IMG/VR virus record: IMGVR_UViG_3300036856_000054
Location: 1 to 27,639 of that record
Direction: 5' to 3' (one strand)
Length of the DNA: 27,639 nucleotides
Source of the DNA: a virus
Taxonomy: Duplodnaviria > Caudoviricetes
Below, in pieces: positions 25,264 through 27,639 of the stretch. Position numbers and translations under genes: made by a program. A model generated the notes under the pieces. The model searched no databases and had not been told where the DNA came from. It saw only the letters and a list, made by a program, of their open reading frames with translations. Position 1 is the first letter of the stretch. Every line of letters begins with the position of its first letter.

Positions 25264-25668
25264 TCACCAGCTGCGCGATGATCGCACCGGCAGTTCCCAC
25301 AATGCACGTATCGGTTGTTTCTTGCGTTGGTACGGGAATCGATGGCCGGCGCGCACCGCCTCAGCACGGGCTCGCAAACTCAGCCAGGTATTGCAGCATC
25401 GGTGACAAGGCGCGTGATTGGCGGGATCCAACGGATCGCCACCCTGCCAGAGCTCGCGAATGTGATGCACCGTGGCGGCCAACCGATGGTTGGGATACAG
25501 CTTGGATCGCTCGTAGTCGATGACCCCGGGGCAGTCCGGCACCCGGCCGTAGCCGTAGCAAACCAATCCCCGGGCAGCGCCAGCGGCCAGGCAGGCGGCC
25601 TGTGCTCGGCGCCAGCGGGCTCCTTTGCGGCCAGCCCAGCGCGGCGGATCAGAGACTGGGGCTGGCAT
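25264..25668 (-). CDS. HNH endonuclease (packaging-associated, HK97 gp74-like)
   Basis: C...C, TVHHIREL..GG.P.D..N..PCH.CCN, C-terminal SRSW. Confidence 0.88.
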   Translation of the reverse strand: MPAPVSDPPRWAGRKGARWRRAQAACLAAGAARGLVCYGYGRVPDCPGVIDYERSKLYPNHRLAATVHHIRELWQGGDPLDPANHAPCHRCCNTWLSLRARAEAVRAGHRFPYQRKKQPIRALWELPVRSSRSW

Positions 25669-25948
25669 CGGTGCGGGGTAGCGGAGTGGTCGGTGCGGGA
25701 TCGGCGAGACCAGGGATCAGTGGCGCGGTAGAGCTGGGTGCCCAGCCACTGGCCGGCAGTTTGGCTCCAGCCGCCTCGATACGGGTCAGAGGTCCGTGGC
25801 CAGTCAACCGTGAAGTCCAGCCGCTCACACCGCCACTGAGGACGATATCGGCGGGCCGCATCCCGAGATGCTCGCACGCGGCAGCGAAGTTGATCACATC
25901 TTGGAGTGTCAGCGGGTGGCCAGACTCCGCGCTCTCAGCTAACTCCAT
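25649..25948 (-). CDS. Hypothetical protein
   Basis: SD GAGGGG before ATG (MELAESAESG...). Confidence 0.55.
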   Translation of the reverse strand: MELAESAESGHPLTLQDVINFAAACEHLGMRPADIVLSGGVSGWTSRLTGHGPLTRIEAAGAKLPASGWAPSSTAPLIPGLADPAPTTPLPRTDASPSL

Positions 25949-26032
25949 GCAACGTCCCCTCACAGGCAGTGATGTCTACGCGGGTCGGAACGCTACACCC
26001 CGGCCAACCGCTGCACCCCGGTGGTCAGCCGC

Positions 26033-26191
26033 TCAGTCGTCCCAGCACCAGCGGTGCCAGCGATCCCAGTGCCCGCGCCGGTGCTGGCGGTGGTCGTCTC
26101 GGTCACCTCGATGGTCATCCCGGCCATGGCCGTGGTCGTCGCCACCGCCGTCCGAGCCCATACCTGCTGTGAAGATCTCGGAAACTCGCAT
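26033..26191 (-). CDS. 52-aa His/Asp/Arg-rich peptide with MRVSEIFT N-terminus
   Basis: SD GGGAGAGG; DDH repeats, C-terminal HWDRWHRWCWDD. Confidence 0.65.
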   Translation of the reverse strand: MRVSEIFTAGMGSDGGGDDHGHGRDDHRGDRDDHRQHRRGHWDRWHRWCWDD

Positions 26192-26283
26192 GATCACGCC
26201 TCTCCCCTGTTCGGTTCTGCTTCCCACACAGCCCCGGTTATCGGTGCGCGCTAGGTTCCCGTTAGCGACCATTAGGGTGAATT

Positions 26284-26400
26284 TCAGCTCAGGATTCCCT
26301 GCCCGAGTATCAAGGCGTCGGCCGCCAGCATCGTTATGAGCAGCACCAGCCAGATGCTGACCAGCACGCCGAGGACGGCAGCGCGGCGGAGCTGATACAC
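26284..26400 (-). CDS. 38-aa single-TM peptide (MYQLRRAAVLGVLVSIWLVLLITMLAADALILGQGILS)
   Basis: Read manually; strongly hydrophobic. Confidence 0.4.
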   Translation of the reverse strand: MYQLRRAAVLGVLVSIWLVLLITMLAADALILGQGILS

Positions 26401-26456
26401 CCGGGACCGTGCCACACAGGCCCTAACGCCCACCTGATCCGCGCGGTGCGAGTGAC

Positions 26457-26508
26457 CCGCTACACAGCCGCTACGGTGCTGGTCAGTGGCCCGCTACAGG
26501 GGTGCTAC
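26457..26508. repeat. CCGCTAC x3 plus GCTAC direct repeats
   Basis: Copies at 26457, 26468, 26491 and partial at 26504. Confidence 0.55.
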
Positions 26509-26565
26509 GAGATCACCTGAAGATCAACCTTGGCGGTTTGGGGTGACATCTCGGGATAGTGAAGC

Positions 26566-26595
26566 ATTCTGCGGCCAGTAATCCCGCCAAGGCAA
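26566..26595 (-). promoter_or_regulatory. Putative late promoter TTGCCT-N18-CAGAAT
   Basis: Sigma70/HrdB-like hexamers immediately downstream of the HTH regulator and upstream of the late operon. Confidence 0.5.
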
Positions 26596-26624
26596 GAGGC
26601 ACGTGGTCTTTTTCTGTGTGATGA

Positions 26625-26843
26625 TCACCGGTCCGGGGTACTTCGTTTGGTTCCCCGGTCACTGCGGGGCAGCCTCTTGCCGGATCCGCGCAAGGCGGCC
26701 AGCTCTTGGGCTTCCACCGGATCGAGCAACCAGGCCCGGCCGCTGCGGGCTGCTGTCAGGCGGCCTTCCCGAGCCCACCGCCGCAGCGTGGTCTCCCCCA
26801 CGCCGGCCAGCCGGGCGACCACATCGATCCGCTCCAGCGCCAC
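26625..26843 (-). CDS. Excisionase/MerR-like HTH DNA-binding domain
   Basis: IDVVARLAGVGETTLRRWAREGRL...GRAWLLDP. Confidence 0.8.
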   Translation of the reverse strand: MALERIDVVARLAGVGETTLRRWAREGRLTAARSGRAWLLDPVEAQELAALRGSGKRLPRSDRGTKRSTPDR

Positions 26844-26864
26844 GCAGGCGTAACGCCCACGCGG

Positions 26865-27608
26865 TCAGTCGGTGACGGTGTGTCTCCATGAGGGCAACTG
26901 CGCTTGGAGCCGCAGCATCTTGATCCCCACGTCGCGCCACGATTCCACGCCCCAGGGCTCGCGGTGCCGGCGACATCCCACGGTGTGGCAGCGCAGCACG
27001 GCGGGCTCAATGCCGATCCGCACTGGCACATAGGCAAAAACAGGTCCGAGGCAATAGCGGGTCTCTCGGATTTCCGGGCATCTGCCCACGGGGAAAGAAG
27101 TGCGATTCGCCGGGCGGTCGATCGCGGCGCGAGCACGGGTCACCGCTCGATCGATCTGGGTGTATGCCTCCCCGGCGGTCTCCAGCGCGCGCAGCCAGTC
27201 CAGGCGCATCGCCAGCCAGTGTGCCACCCGGCCGAACTTGGCCGGTACCAGCCACGGCGAGCTGCGCGTCTGCGCCACCGCGTGCGCCCACTGCGTCACC
27301 GTTGAGACCAGGCACTGACTGGCCTGTGTCGCGGCCTCGCAGTAGGGTAATCCCAGTTCACCGCCACCCCGACCGGCCGAGACGGTGAGCACCATCCAGC
27401 GAGCTCGGGTGGCCGCCAGCTCGTGATACAGATCACCCGCCGCGTGCAGGTGATCAGCTAAGCGATCACCGCAGGAGAGACAGAGCAGGTAGCCCTCGCC
27501 GGCTGGCCGGGTACACACGATGCAGCTCGCAGCCATGAACACAACCGCTAACACAGAAGCCAGCAAACGGACTAGGCGTACGGGGTTAGCGGTTGGTAAG
27601 TCGGCCAT
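26865..27608 (-). CDS. Zn-binding actinophage protein, probable late-gene regulator (N-terminal part)
   Basis: CIVC...CLSC, WL...LDWLR, AIDRP...VGRCP...C...C...C; usual position upstream of HNH; real start may be at MAASCIVC. Confidence 0.65.
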   Translation of the reverse strand: MADLPTANPVRLVRLLASVLAVVFMAASCIVCTRPAGEGYLLCLSCGDRLADHLHAAGDLYHELAATRARWMVLTVSAGRGGGELGLPYCEAATQASQCLVSTVTQWAHAVAQTRSSPWLVPAKFGRVAHWLAMRLDWLRALETAGEAYTQIDRAVTRARAAIDRPANRTSFPVGRCPEIRETRYCLGPVFAYVPVRIGIEPAVLRCHTVGCRRHREPWGVESWRDVGIKMLRLQAQLPSWRHTVTD

Positions 27609-27639
27609 CGAGCCGGTATGGTGTCCTCAGCTGAGGTCT

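Larger units (their letters stand above)
1..27639 (-). mobile_element. Actinobacterial siphovirus / prophage late (packaging, head, tail) region
   Basis: Canonical order HNH-TerS-TerL-portal-protease-MCP-connector-terminator-tail tube-TAC-TMP-Dit on the minus strand; high GC; no integrase or att site within the window. Confidence 0.95.

Noticed and set aside
25602-26339. 245-aa plus-strand ORF
   Set aside because: Low-information shadow over SD-supported minus-strand genes
26865-26867. Selenocysteine or genome-wide UGA recoding
   Set aside because: Many genes here end in TGA coupled to the next ATG; no tRNA-Sec or evident SECIS seen
1-27639. CRISPR array, tRNA genes, IS elements, DGR/RT, integrase/att
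   Set aside because: No regularly spaced repeats, cloverleafs, transposase, RT or recombinase motifs recognised by eye
1-27639. Gene transfer agent or encapsulin interpretation
   Set aside because: HNH/cos-type packaging, full tail module and many phage-type accessory genes fit a bona fide phage; flanks are not visible, so domestication cannot be assessed

Overview
High-GC (actinobacterial-type) temperate siphovirus or prophage late region, transcribed mostly on the minus strand. From right to left it holds a late-regulator-like Zn/HTH locus, a late promoter, an HNH endonuclease, and an unusually large (~10 kb) accessory block between HNH and terminase. That block contains a probable cos-like site, a permuted NlpC/P60 enzyme, a MetE-like enzyme, a Moco-sulfurase-like PLP enzyme, an FlK-like thioesterase, an Acb2/Tad1-like helical protein, a duplicate virion protein and a holin-like pair. 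It is followed by TerS, TerL, an HK97-type portal, an array of four paralogous disordered peptides, prohead protease, major capsid, decoration and connector genes, tail tube, a tail chaperone with a -1 frameshift, a short tape measure and a distal-tail gene running off the left edge. The most unusual signals are: (i) about 8 small disordered proteins with a basic N-terminus and a mostly acidic C-terminus, four of them between portal and protease; (ii) a recurrent extended -10 (TGnTAnnnT) placed 7-8 nt before ATG, which may drive leaderless morons, two of them antisense inside the head operon; (iii) a sulfur/methyl/acyl-CoA enzyme trio; (iv) two peptides sharing an M[RQ]VS[EQ]IFT leader. Family assignments come from motif recognition and gene order, not from database searches.
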